DNA of 36,029 bases from an uncultured Rhodospirillaceae bacterium. GTDB lineage: Bacteria > Pseudomonadota > Alphaproteobacteria > MPNO01. The stretch spans positions 1-36,029 of the forward strand of contig CALGIA010000296.1 in assembly GCA_937916005.1 (NCBI GenBank), in the 5' to 3' direction. The position numbers and the translations under genes are program-made. This document shows positions 1-7,566 of the stretch, piece after piece; the stretch's first letter is position 1, and every line of letters starts with the position of its first letter. The notes beneath the pieces were generated by a model. It was not told the origin of the DNA, did no database searches, and saw nothing but the letters and a program-made list of their open reading frames with translations.

Positions 1-579
1 GTCCCGTTCCAATTCGATCTCGGCGCTGGGCGACTGAAACGCGCCATCGATCCCGGCCAGCTTCAGGGCCGCGCTGTTGGCCACTGAATCGAGCGGCTGG
101 ATATGCCGCCAATAGCCCCAGATCGGGCGGATATAGACCGGGTTATGGGGCGCGACCTCATCCAGCTCCCAGCGGGTCGGGTAGCGCTTTTCGCGCAGAT
201 TATTGGGCGTGTCCCAGTAGTAGGGCGGCTCGCCGATGGGCATGGTGACAACCCAGTCGCCGGGCGCCGCCGCATCGGCAAGCGCCTTGATGCGCTGCAA
301 GACATCGTCGATGCAGCCGCATCCCGCCAGCGACGGGAAGACCGGTTTCAGGCCTTCCCGGTCCATATGGGAATGACCATCGATCAGGCCGGGGATCACC
401 GCCTTGCCGCCCGCATCGATGACGCGTGTGCCGGGGCCGATCAGCGCGGAAATTTCCCCTGCGCCGCCGACGGCGGCGATGCGCCGGCCCCGGATCGCCA
501 CCGCCTGGGCAATCGCGTTGCCCCGGTCGACCGTCATGACCTTGCCGTTGGTGACAACAAGATCGGCCGGATTACTCAT
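1..579 (-). CDS. Amidohydrolase family protein (Amidohydro_3 / YtcJ-like), N-terminal about 193 aa; the 3' part lies beyond the left edge
   Basis: Not in the ORF track because it is open at the window edge. My reverse-strand translation from ATG 579-577 gives MSNPADLVVTNGKVMTVDRGNAIAQAVAIRGRRIAAVGG...AVIPGLIDGHSHMDREGL..., with the typical metal-binding GLIDxHxH N-terminus. The ATG shares 1 nt with the upstream gene's TGA (TGATG). Confidence 0.75.
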   Translation of the reverse strand, partial: MSNPADLVVTNGKVMTVDRGNAIAQAVAIRGRRIAAVGGAGEISALIGPGTRVIDAGGKAVIPGLIDGHSHMDREGLKPVFPSLAGCGCIDDVLQRIKALADAAAPGDWVVTMPIGEPPYYWDTPNNLREKRYPTRWELDEVAPHNPVYIRPIWGYWRHIQPLDSVANSAALKLAGIDGAFQSPSAEIELERD

Positions 580-2159
580 CAGATGCCCACGGCGTAGGCT
601 TCGCGGCGGTCATCGGCGGCGCCGGCCATGACACCGTTGGGCAGGATTTCCATCATCTTGGCGGACCCGAAATAGGATGCGCCCGACGCCCGTTCGGTGG
701 GGAAACCCATGGAAGCCAGCTTGTTGGCGGTTTCCGGCGAGTACGCGTCATCGAGCAATGCCGTGCCATCAAGATTGATCGACCAGCGCGGCTCCTCGAT
801 GGCGGCGGCCAGTTCCATCCCCCGATCCACCATGTTGGACAGGATCTGGACATTGGTAATGGTCTGGGCCGGACCGCCCGGGGTGGTCATCAGATAGCGG
901 ACCTTGCCGCCTTCCAGCACCACCACCGGATTCAGGGTGTGGGACGGACGCTTATGGGGCGCGACCGCGCTGGCATGGCCCGGATCGGTGACGAACCCGG
1001 TCATGCGGTTGTTCATCAGGATGCCCGTGCCCGGGTCGAGGAACGCGCCGCCGAAGACATGGAACACGCTTTGCACCACGGAAACCGCATCGCCCGAGGC
1101 ATCCGCGATGGTGATGCAGGACGTGCCGCCGGCGGGGTGGGACAATGACGGGTGGGTTCCGGTTCTGACCGCGTCCTGTAGCCGGGCCGTCATGTCGCCG
1201 CCCAGCAATTGATCTAGCGGGGCCGGGTTGGTGCGCGGATCCGCGATATGATGCTGGCCCTCGGCGAAACTGGCGCGCATGGCGCGCATCAGATACCCGA
1301 CCCGGGTGGCTTCATCGCCGGCGAGATCTTCCGACGATACGCCGGACAGGGCGTTGAGCTGCATCAGCATCAACACGCCGTAGGAATTGGGTGGCATGAC
1401 CCGCACCGAACGGCCCCGGTAATCGGTTTTCAACGGCGTGACCCATTCCGGTTTATAGCCGTCGAAATCCGCCGCCGACGCGAGCCCGCCATTGGCCTGG
1501 CTGTAATCGCCGATGGATTTCCCGATGCGGCCTTCATAAAACGCCGCGCTGCCGCTATCGGCGATTTCGCGCAGGGTGTCGGCCAGCACGGGCTGGCGCA
1601 CCAGGTCGCCGCCCTTCAGGGGCTGGCCGCCCGGATAATACAGCGCCGCACAGCCGGGGTCGGCTTCCACATCGGCGCGAAACAGATGCAGCGCCGCGCC
1701 GAGCACACGCGACAGGGGATGACATTCGGCGGCTGCGATGGCATCGGCGAATAAATCCTTCCAGGGCAGGCAGCCATGCTTTTGATGGATTTCCTCCCAG
1801 CCCCGTACAATGCCGGGAATGCTGAACGCCAGCGGGCCGCGCGCCTTCATGCCGTCCTTGAAAAATTCAGGCGTTGCGCCCGCCGGCGCGTGGCCGGACG
1901 CGTTCAGCCCTTCCGTCTCGCCCGACTTTGCGCTGTGATGGAGGATGAAGGCATCGCCGCCCAGGGATGTGGCATGGGGCAGGATGACACAGAGCACGGC
2001 CGAGGTGGCGATCATGGCGTCAATGACATTTCCGCCCCGTTCAAGCACCCGCAGCCCGGCCACGGAGGCCATGGAATGGCCGGAAACCACCATTCCCCTG
2101 GTGCCGTAAACCGGCGACTTCGGGATACGGACTCCTGCAAAACTGTCTTGCTTGGCCAT
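579..2159 (-). CDS. Gamma-glutamyltransferase-family Ntn hydrolase, no obvious signal peptide
   Basis: 526 aa ORF with GGT-family features: GMVVSGHSMASVAG N-terminus, the autoprocessing/nucleophile Thr context GGTSCITIADASGDAVSVVQS, and GGPAQT near the C-terminus. AGGA lies 7 nt before the ATG. The N-terminus MAKQDSFAGVRIPKS is not signal-like. Confidence 0.85.
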   Translation of the reverse strand: MAKQDSFAGVRIPKSPVYGTRGMVVSGHSMASVAGLRVLERGGNVIDAMIATSAVLCVILPHATSLGGDAFILHHSAKSGETEGLNASGHAPAGATPEFFKDGMKARGPLAFSIPGIVRGWEEIHQKHGCLPWKDLFADAIAAAECHPLSRVLGAALHLFRADVEADPGCAALYYPGGQPLKGGDLVRQPVLADTLREIADSGSAAFYEGRIGKSIGDYSQANGGLASAADFDGYKPEWVTPLKTDYRGRSVRVMPPNSYGVLMLMQLNALSGVSSEDLAGDEATRVGYLMRAMRASFAEGQHHIADPRTNPAPLDQLLGGDMTARLQDAVRTGTHPSLSHPAGGTSCITIADASGDAVSVVQSVFHVFGGAFLDPGTGILMNNRMTGFVTDPGHASAVAPHKRPSHTLNPVVVLEGGKVRYLMTTPGGPAQTITNVQILSNMVDRGMELAAAIEEPRWSINLDGTALLDDAYSPETANKLASMGFPTERASGASYFGSAKMMEILPNGVMAGAADDRREAYAVGI

Positions 2160-2246
2160 GGGATTTCCTAACTAATCGGTCTCGAATATATTTTGGCGGC
2201 GCAGTCTCGACTCAATCGCGCACCGTGTCAAATTTACGGAGACCCC

Positions 2247-2570
2247 ATGCTGTACGCAATTTTGCGGCGGGACCGGCCCGGCAAAGCCGAGCTACGCGCC
2301 CGGCTGCAGCCTGAACATCAAATTTATCAGGAGCCGTTTTTGCCACGCATCGTTTATGGCGGCGGGCTGGTCGCCGATGGCACCGACACCACCGGCGCCG
2401 TCGACATTCGGAACGTAATCGGAAACGTACTTGTTTTTGAGGCGGACGAGCGCGCCGACGCCGAAGCGTTTCATGCCAACGACCCCTATACGCAAAATGA
2501 TCTGTTCGAAACGGTGATCATCGAACCGTTCTGGCAGCGCGTCCCGCCACCCGCTATTGTCTCCACATGA
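2247..2570 (+). CDS. YciI-like family protein
   Basis: The internal ATG at 2247 is preceded by GGAG. MLYAILRRDRPGK...HANDPYTQNDLFETVIIEPFWQ fits the YCII-related domain pattern. The ORF-track start at 2193 is probably an upstream extension. Confidence 0.7.
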   Translation: MLYAILRRDRPGKAELRARLQPEHQIYQEPFLPRIVYGGGLVADGTDTTGAVDIRNVIGNVLVFEADERADAEAFHANDPYTQNDLFETVIIEPFWQRVPPPAIVST

Positions 2571-2592
2571 GCGGTTCGCGTAAACGAACCGC
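2571..2592 (+). other. Perfect 8 bp hairpin GCGGTTCG-cgtaaa-CGAACCGC between the YciI-like and PrpD-family genes
   Basis: It starts 1 nt after the yciI-like stop and ends 21 nt before the next ATG. No U-tract follows. Confidence 0.4.
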
Positions 2593-2613
2593 ATAAACGG
2601 AAAGGGACGCCGC

Positions 2614-3975
2614 ATGGCACAGGAAACAACCCGGCAGCTGGCTGAATTTGCGTCATCACTGACCCTTGACGCCATACCGGAACATGTCCGGGACGCCACC
2701 AAGATCTTGCTGCTGGACGCGCTGGCCTGCGCCCTGGCCGGTCATCGGGGCGAAGAAACCAGCCAGATTCACGCCATGGCCGCCGCCATGGGGCAATCCA
2801 GCGAGAACAGCATAATCGGCGGTGGCTGGGGCCCTGGCAGGCTGTCGCTGGCCGGCGCAACGCTGATGAACGGCTTTCTGATCACCGCCGTCACCATGTG
2901 CGACACCCACCGCGCGACACTGACCCATATCACACCGGAGGTAATCCCCCCGGCGCTGGCCATCGCCGAACGGGACGGCCTGTCGGGCAGCGATCTGCTG
3001 GTCGCCATCGCCGCCGGGTGCGAAATCACGACGCGGGTCGGGCTCGGGCTCGATTACCCTGTGTTCCGCGAAAAAGGCTGGCATGGCCCCGGAGTCATCG
3101 GGCCCTTTGGGTCGGCGGCCGCGGTGGGCAGCCTGCGCGGCTTCGATGGGGAAACCATGGCCCGGGCGTTCGGATTGGCGGGCAGCCAGTCGGCCGGCAC
3201 TTTTGCCGCCTGGGGAACGCCCACGGTGAAGTTTCATCAATGCCGGGGCGCGTTGTCGGGGCTGATGGCGGCGCTGCTCGCCGAACAGGATTTCGTGGCG
3301 ACGACGGAAATACTCACCGCACCGGACGGCGGCATCTACAACACCTATTCCAATGGCGGACTGCCCGAACTGGCGACGGCGGACCTTGGCGAGCGCTGGG
3401 AGCTTGAACAGATCGCGTTGCGGTTATGGCCGTCGGCCACCCACCTTCAGACCATGATCACCGCGCTGTTCGATTTGATGGACCGGGACGAAGTCCGGTT
3501 CGATGATGTGGAAAAAATCGACATCGCCATGTGCGAGACGCCGTTCAACATGCATGGCGGGTTTGGCCGGTACCAGGCCAAATTCGAAGCCATGCTATCG
3601 GCCCATTACGTCGCTTCGGTGGTGCTGCGGGACCGCGCACTGACATTGGAGCAATTCGAGCCGGCCTGTTATGACGACCCGCAGATGCGCGACTTCGCTG
3701 CCGAGCAGGTTGAAATCAACCATGATCCCGGCCTCGTCAATGGTCAGGTGCGCGTTGACATAAGCTGCAAGAACGGCTCGGTTTTGTCGATTCTTTGCGA
3801 TCATCCCCGGGGCGTGCCGGAAAACCCCGTGTCGCGCGGCGATATCGAGGAAAAATTCCGGATCTACGCGCGCGCGCGATTCGTTGAGTCCCGGATTGAC
3901 CAGATCATCAATGCGGTTGCCCGATTGGAAACACTCGAAACCTCTGAAACGCTCATGGGATTGCTGCGGGAATAA
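2614..3975 (+). CDS. MmgE/PrpD family protein (2-methylcitrate dehydratase superfamily, specific activity unknown)
   Basis: 453 aa. The N-terminus LAEFASSLTLDAIPEHVRDATKILLLDALACALAG is characteristic of MmgE/PrpD proteins. AAAGGGA precedes the ATG. Confidence 0.85.
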   Translation: MAQETTRQLAEFASSLTLDAIPEHVRDATKILLLDALACALAGHRGEETSQIHAMAAAMGQSSENSIIGGGWGPGRLSLAGATLMNGFLITAVTMCDTHRATLTHITPEVIPPALAIAERDGLSGSDLLVAIAAGCEITTRVGLGLDYPVFREKGWHGPGVIGPFGSAAAVGSLRGFDGETMARAFGLAGSQSAGTFAAWGTPTVKFHQCRGALSGLMAALLAEQDFVATTEILTAPDGGIYNTYSNGGLPELATADLGERWELEQIALRLWPSATHLQTMITALFDLMDRDEVRFDDVEKIDIAMCETPFNMHGGFGRYQAKFEAMLSAHYVASVVLRDRALTLEQFEPACYDDPQMRDFAAEQVEINHDPGLVNGQVRVDISCKNGSVLSILCDHPRGVPENPVSRGDIEEKFRIYARARFVESRIDQIINAVARLETLETSETLMGLLRE

Positions 3976-4076
3976 TCCGAAAAATATGGATTTCCCGGCC
4001 CGCAATTCTTCGATAGGAATTCTGGAAAAAAGGCCTATAACTACTCCATAAACAAAATGGTTATGGGTGGTCCAAA

Positions 4077-4289
4077 TTGGCTAAAACGCTTCGTCCAGAT
4101 GACCTCAATATACCGGTCGGGAAAGAATTTCGCTCGCATGACGGAATGTTATGGGAATTCGCCGGCCTTGCGCCGACGCAGGACCGGGTTCCGCACGCCA
4201 AGCTGGTAAAGCCGGCCGACAAGCTGACCACGAAGATCATCTCGGCGAGCGCCTTGTTTGACAAGCGCCTGTTCAACCCGGTCGATTGA
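4077..4289 (+). CDS. Hypothetical small protein (70 aa, TTG start; alternative ATG at 4146)
   Basis: This is the only sizeable ORF in an AT-rich gap. Third-codon positions become G/C-rich in the last two thirds, as in neighbouring genes. GGGTGG lies 6 nt upstream of the TTG. I recognise no family. Confidence 0.35.
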   Translation: MAKTLRPDDLNIPVGKEFRSHDGMLWEFAGLAPTQDRVPHAKLVKPADKLTTKIISASALFDKRLFNPVD

Positions 4290-4482
4290 CCCGTGGATTA
4301 AACGGGCGTTTCGCTGGTAAACAATCCTGCGACAATATAAAATTGCGGCGAAGTTGAGGATCAGGGCATCGAAGCCCGTTCCTCGTATGATCCGAAAGTT
4401 GTTCTGTGAGCGCCGATTACGCTTGCAATGCCACATCTGATCATACTAGAACATTAGAACCTGAATTTTATAGTAGAGTGTT

Positions 4483-4881
4483 ATGGTCAAAAGAACTACA
4501 CCCGTCGATAAGCATGTCGGAACCCGGCTGCGGACGCGTCGGACCCTGTTGGGTTTGAGCCAAACGGCTCTTGCCGATTCCCTCGATCTGACATTTCAGC
4601 AGGTCCAGAAATACGAAAAAGGCTCCAATCGCATCGGCGCCAGCAGGCTGTATCAAATCGGCCGGGTGCTGGATGTTCCCGTGGCCTATTTTTTTGAAGA
4701 AATGCCGGAAGGCCTCGACGGCGCCACGAACCCGCCCACGGAAAGCGGCGCGCCGGAACGCGATACCATGCTGCGGCGCGAAACCCTGGAACTGGTGCGC
4801 GCCTATTACAAGATCGAAGCGCCCACGGTTCGGCGTCGCATGCGCGAACTGATCAAGGCAATGGCGGGCGCCCAGGATTAA
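4483..4881 (+). CDS. XRE (Cro/C1) family helix-turn-helix transcriptional regulator
   Basis: 132 aa with the HTH_3 core LLGLSQTALADSLDLTFQQVQKYEKGSNRIGASRLYQI. The C-terminal region LELVRAYYKIEAPTVRRRMRELIKAM is typical of a conserved alphaproteobacterial XRE subgroup. Confidence 0.85.
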   Translation: MVKRTTPVDKHVGTRLRTRRTLLGLSQTALADSLDLTFQQVQKYEKGSNRIGASRLYQIGRVLDVPVAYFFEEMPEGLDGATNPPTESGAPERDTMLRRETLELVRAYYKIEAPTVRRRMRELIKAMAGAQD

Positions 4882-4906
4882 GACCCTGCCTCTAGGCTGA
4901 CATAAT
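4878..4906 (+). promoter_or_regulatory. Candidate sigma70-type promoter TTAAGA-N17-CATAAT upstream of the GST gene
   Basis: Hexamers at 4878-4883 and 4901-4906 with a 17 nt spacer, read directly from the sequence. No experimental support. Confidence 0.3.
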
Positions 4907-4919
4907 GGGTTGTGATACG

Positions 4920-4941
4920 GATGAATGCATCGACATTCATC
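4920..4941. promoter_or_regulatory. Perfect 8-6-8 inverted repeat GATGAATG-catcga-CATTCATC (operator or 5'-UTR hairpin)
   Basis: Seen directly in the sequence. It lies between the XRE stop (4881) and the GST start (4964), just downstream of the candidate -10 box. Confidence 0.3.
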
Positions 4942-4963
4942 AACCGTGCGCGGGGGACTCATT

Positions 4964-5680
4964 ATGATTGATTGCCATACATGGCCGACGCCGAACGGCC
5001 ATAAAGTCCACATTATGCTTGAGGAATGCGGCCTCGACTACAGAGTCGTTCCGGTCTGTATCGAATCCGGGGAACAATTCGAGCCCGGCTTCCTGAAAAT
5101 CAGCCCGAACAACAAGATACCCGCCATCGTCGATCATGACGGCCCGGGCGGAAAATCAATCTCGATTTTCGAAACCGGTGCGATCCTCTACTACCTTGCG
5201 ACCAAAACCGGCAAGTTTCTGCCCCCTGTTTCCGAAGACCCCCATGGGCATCATGACGTTATGCAGTGGCTGATGTTCCAGATGGGCGGCGTCGGGCCGA
5301 TGTTCGGCCAGGCACGGCATTTTCGGGCCTATGCGCTGGAACAGGTGGATCGTGAAAAAGTCCAGTATGGGATCGACCGTTACACCAACGAGTCAAAACG
5401 TCTGTGCGGCGTGATGGATAAACATCTTGCCGGCCACGAATATTTCGCCGGCGATTATTCCATCGCGGACATTGCGATCTATCCCTGGTGCCGCAACCCG
5501 GACCGGCGGGGCATTACCTATGACGATTATCCTGATCTGAAGCGCTGGTTTGACGCCGTCGCGGCGCGGCCCGCCGTGCAACGGGGCGAACAGGTCCTGG
5601 CGGAAAGCGTCCGCCAGGGCGAGCATACCCCGGAGGCCTGGAAGCTGCTATTCGGCGACGCGCAATATCAAAAACATTGA
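4964..5680 (+). CDS. yfcG: Nu-class glutathione S-transferase, YfcG-like (disulfide-bond reductase type)
   Basis: From ATG 4964 (GGGGGA upstream): MIDCHTWPTPNGHKVHIMLEECGLDY...FLKISPNNKIPAIVDH...IFETGAILYYLATKTGKF...MQWLMFQMGGVGPMFGQ. This aligns closely, from memory, with the E. coli YfcG N-terminus and core. Confidence 0.8.
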   Translation: MIDCHTWPTPNGHKVHIMLEECGLDYRVVPVCIESGEQFEPGFLKISPNNKIPAIVDHDGPGGKSISIFETGAILYYLATKTGKFLPPVSEDPHGHHDVMQWLMFQMGGVGPMFGQARHFRAYALEQVDREKVQYGIDRYTNESKRLCGVMDKHLAGHEYFAGDYSIADIAIYPWCRNPDRRGITYDDYPDLKRWFDAVAARPAVQRGEQVLAESVRQGEHTPEAWKLLFGDAQYQKH

Positions 5681-5681
5681 T

Positions 5682-6575
5682 TTAGTGTAGCCTGCGCCGG
5701 CCACTTGAAACACCATCATCGCGCCCTTCCAGATGGGCCATGGTGATGGTGCCGGCGAAAATCAGCGCGCCACCGACCCAGGTCCACATATCGGGGAGTT
5801 CCGCAAAAAACAGGAAACCCAGCAGGGCGGAAAATACAAGCCGGGTGAACTCGAACGGCAGGACCACGGTCGCGTCGGCCGCCGCATAGGCGCGGGTCAG
5901 CCCGCGCTGGGTCAGGGTTCCGAACATCCCGATAAAAACAAAAATGGCGAGCTGCGGCAGTGACGGCGTCTGCCACACATACAGCGCCGGGATGAGTGTC
6001 AGCGGCGTGAAGATCACCATTTGCCAGGTCACGATGCAATCGGGCGTTTCGGTGCGCGACAGGGATTTCATGATGATGCTCAGCGTAGCCATGAGCACCA
6101 CCGCCGCCAGCATCAGCATTGTCCCGGTCGAGACCTCGTTGAGGCCGGGCCGCAATATGATCAACGCGCCGATAAAACCGATGATGGTGGCCGACCAGCG
6201 CCGCCCGCGCGCCGCCTCGCCCAGCACGATCACCGCCGCCACCGTGGCCATGATGGGACGCAGGGTCATGATCGCGGCAAGCTCGGCCAACGGCGAGAGC
6301 GCTATGGCGCTAAACACCAGATAGATGGTGGCGAGCCCGACGAAACCGCGCGCCATATGCATGCCGAGGCGCTGTGTATAAATTCCCCGAAGTCCCTTGC
6401 GGAACAACCACGGCAACAGAAATGCCATGCCGAACAGGCTGCGGAAAAACACGATCTCGAAAACATGGATTTCGCCGGACAGGTGGCGTGTCAATGCCGC
6501 CATCATCGCCCAGGCGGCGGTGCTTCCCATCATCCAAATGGCGCCCCGCACGGGCGCCGACAACGCATTGAACAT
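5682..6575 (-). CDS. DMT superfamily (EamA-like) transporter
   Basis: 297 aa polytopic membrane protein with two EamA-like halves (about 10 hydrophobic segments), e.g. VFFRSLFGMAFLLPWLF. Confidence 0.8.
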   Translation of the reverse strand: MFNALSAPVRGAIWMMGSTAAWAMMAALTRHLSGEIHVFEIVFFRSLFGMAFLLPWLFRKGLRGIYTQRLGMHMARGFVGLATIYLVFSAIALSPLAELAAIMTLRPIMATVAAVIVLGEAARGRRWSATIIGFIGALIILRPGLNEVSTGTMLMLAAVVLMATLSIIMKSLSRTETPDCIVTWQMVIFTPLTLIPALYVWQTPSLPQLAIFVFIGMFGTLTQRGLTRAYAAADATVVLPFEFTRLVFSALLGFLFFAELPDMWTWVGGALIFAGTITMAHLEGRDDGVSSGRRRLH

Positions 6576-6610
6576 GCGTTAAAATCCTTTGTCTTTAAAG
6601 TGCGCCGCGA

Positions 6611-6634
6611 GGGGGAGCGGGCCGGCCACGGCTC
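6611..6634. repeat. 24 nt intergenic motif GGGGGAGCGGGCCGGCCACGGCTC, copy 1 (copy 2 at 10508-10531, 1 mismatch)
   Basis: Direct comparison of the two intergenic sequences. Both copies are in the same orientation on the + strand. Confidence 0.6.
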
Positions 6635-6641
6635 TAAAACC

Positions 6642-7235
6642 TCAGAAAGGCCGGCGCGCCCTCAGTGCCGCCGACAGGGTGCCTTCGTCAAGATAGTCGA
6701 GTTCTCCGCCGACGGGCACGCCGTGGGCGAGCCCGGACAGCACGACCCCGCACGCGGCCAGACGATCGGTCAGATAATGGGCGGTGGTCTGGCCTTCCAC
6801 CGTGACCGAGGTAGCGAGAATCACTTCTTTCACAGTGTCGCGCGCCGCCCGGACCACCAGATGATCGATGTTCAGTTCGTCGGGCCCGCGCCCGTCGAGC
6901 GCCGACAGAGTTCCGCCCAGAACATGGTAATGCCCGGCAAAGGAGTTGGTGCGCTCCAGCGCCCAGAGATCATCGACCTGTTCCACCACGCAGATGATCG
7001 ACGGATCGCGGCGCGGGCCGGCGCAGATCAAACAGGGGTCATTGGTGTCGATATTGCCGCATTCGCCGCAAATCCGCACCGCTTCCGAGGCCGCATACAT
7101 GGCCGCCGCCAGGGGAACCAACAGGGAGTCGCGGCGCTTGATCAGCTGCAGGGCCGCCCGCCGGGCGGAGCGTGGGCCAAGCCCCGGCAGCTTGGCGAGA
7201 AACTGGATCAGGCGATCGATTTCGGTGCCGCTCAT
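6642..7235 (-). CDS. recR: Recombination protein RecR
   Basis: 197 aa with the N-terminal Hh[14 protein letters not shown], the Cys4 zinc finger [16 protein letters not shown], and a Toprim region [12 protein letters not shown]. Synteny with ybaB and dnaX. Confidence 0.95.
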   Translation of the reverse strand: MSGTEIDRLIQFLAKLPGLGPRSARRAALQLIKRRDSLLVPLAAAMYAASEAVRICGECGNIDTNDPCLICAGPRRDPSIICVVEQVDDLWALERTNSFAGHYHVLGGTLSALDGRGPDELNIDHLVVRAARDTVKEVILATSVTVEGQTTAHYLTDRLAACGVVLSGLAHGVPVGGELDYLDEGTLSAALRARRPF

Positions 7236-7242
7236 GCGCGTA

Positions 7243-7566
7243 TCAGAATGGCAGTTTCATGCCCGGAGGAAGCTGCAGACCGCCGGTCACCTTGGACATT
7301 TCCTCGGCCATATGGGCCTCCACCTTGGCCTTGGCGTCGCCGCATGCCGCGACGATCAGATCCTCGACCACTTCCACATCTTCGCCGTTGAACAGTTCGG
7401 GTGAAATCTTGACCTGGCGCAGCTCGCCCTTGCCGTTCATGGTCACGGTGACCATGCCGGCCCCGGCGGAGCCCGTCATTTCGACGGCGGACAACTTTTC
7501 CTGCATGTCCTGCATCTTGGTCTGCATTTCCTGGGCCTGCTTCATGATCTGGCCGAGGTTTTTCAT
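7243..7566 (-). CDS. ybaB: YbaB/EbfC family nucleoid-associated protein
   Basis: 107 aa: [25 protein letters not shown]...[17 protein letters not shown] overlap with the dnaX stop. Confidence 0.95.
   Translation of the reverse strand: MKNLGQIMKQAQEMQTKMQDMQEKLSAVEMTGSAGAGMVTVTMNGKGELRQVKISPELFNGEDVEVVEDLIVAACGDAKAKVEAHMAEEMSKVTGGLQLPPGMKLPF

Noticed and set aside
2177-2212. Direct repeat GTCTCGA-N20-GTCTCGA in the GGT / yciI-like divergent region
   Set aside because: A 7 nt repeat occurring twice is within random expectation, and no adjacent regulator gene gives it meaning.
6021-7391. 456 aa ORF on the + strand spanning the DMT, recR and ybaB regions
   Set aside because: It is antisense to three well-supported genes and its translation is Arg/Gly/Pro/His-rich low complexity. 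This is a typical stop-poor shadow frame in GC-rich DNA.
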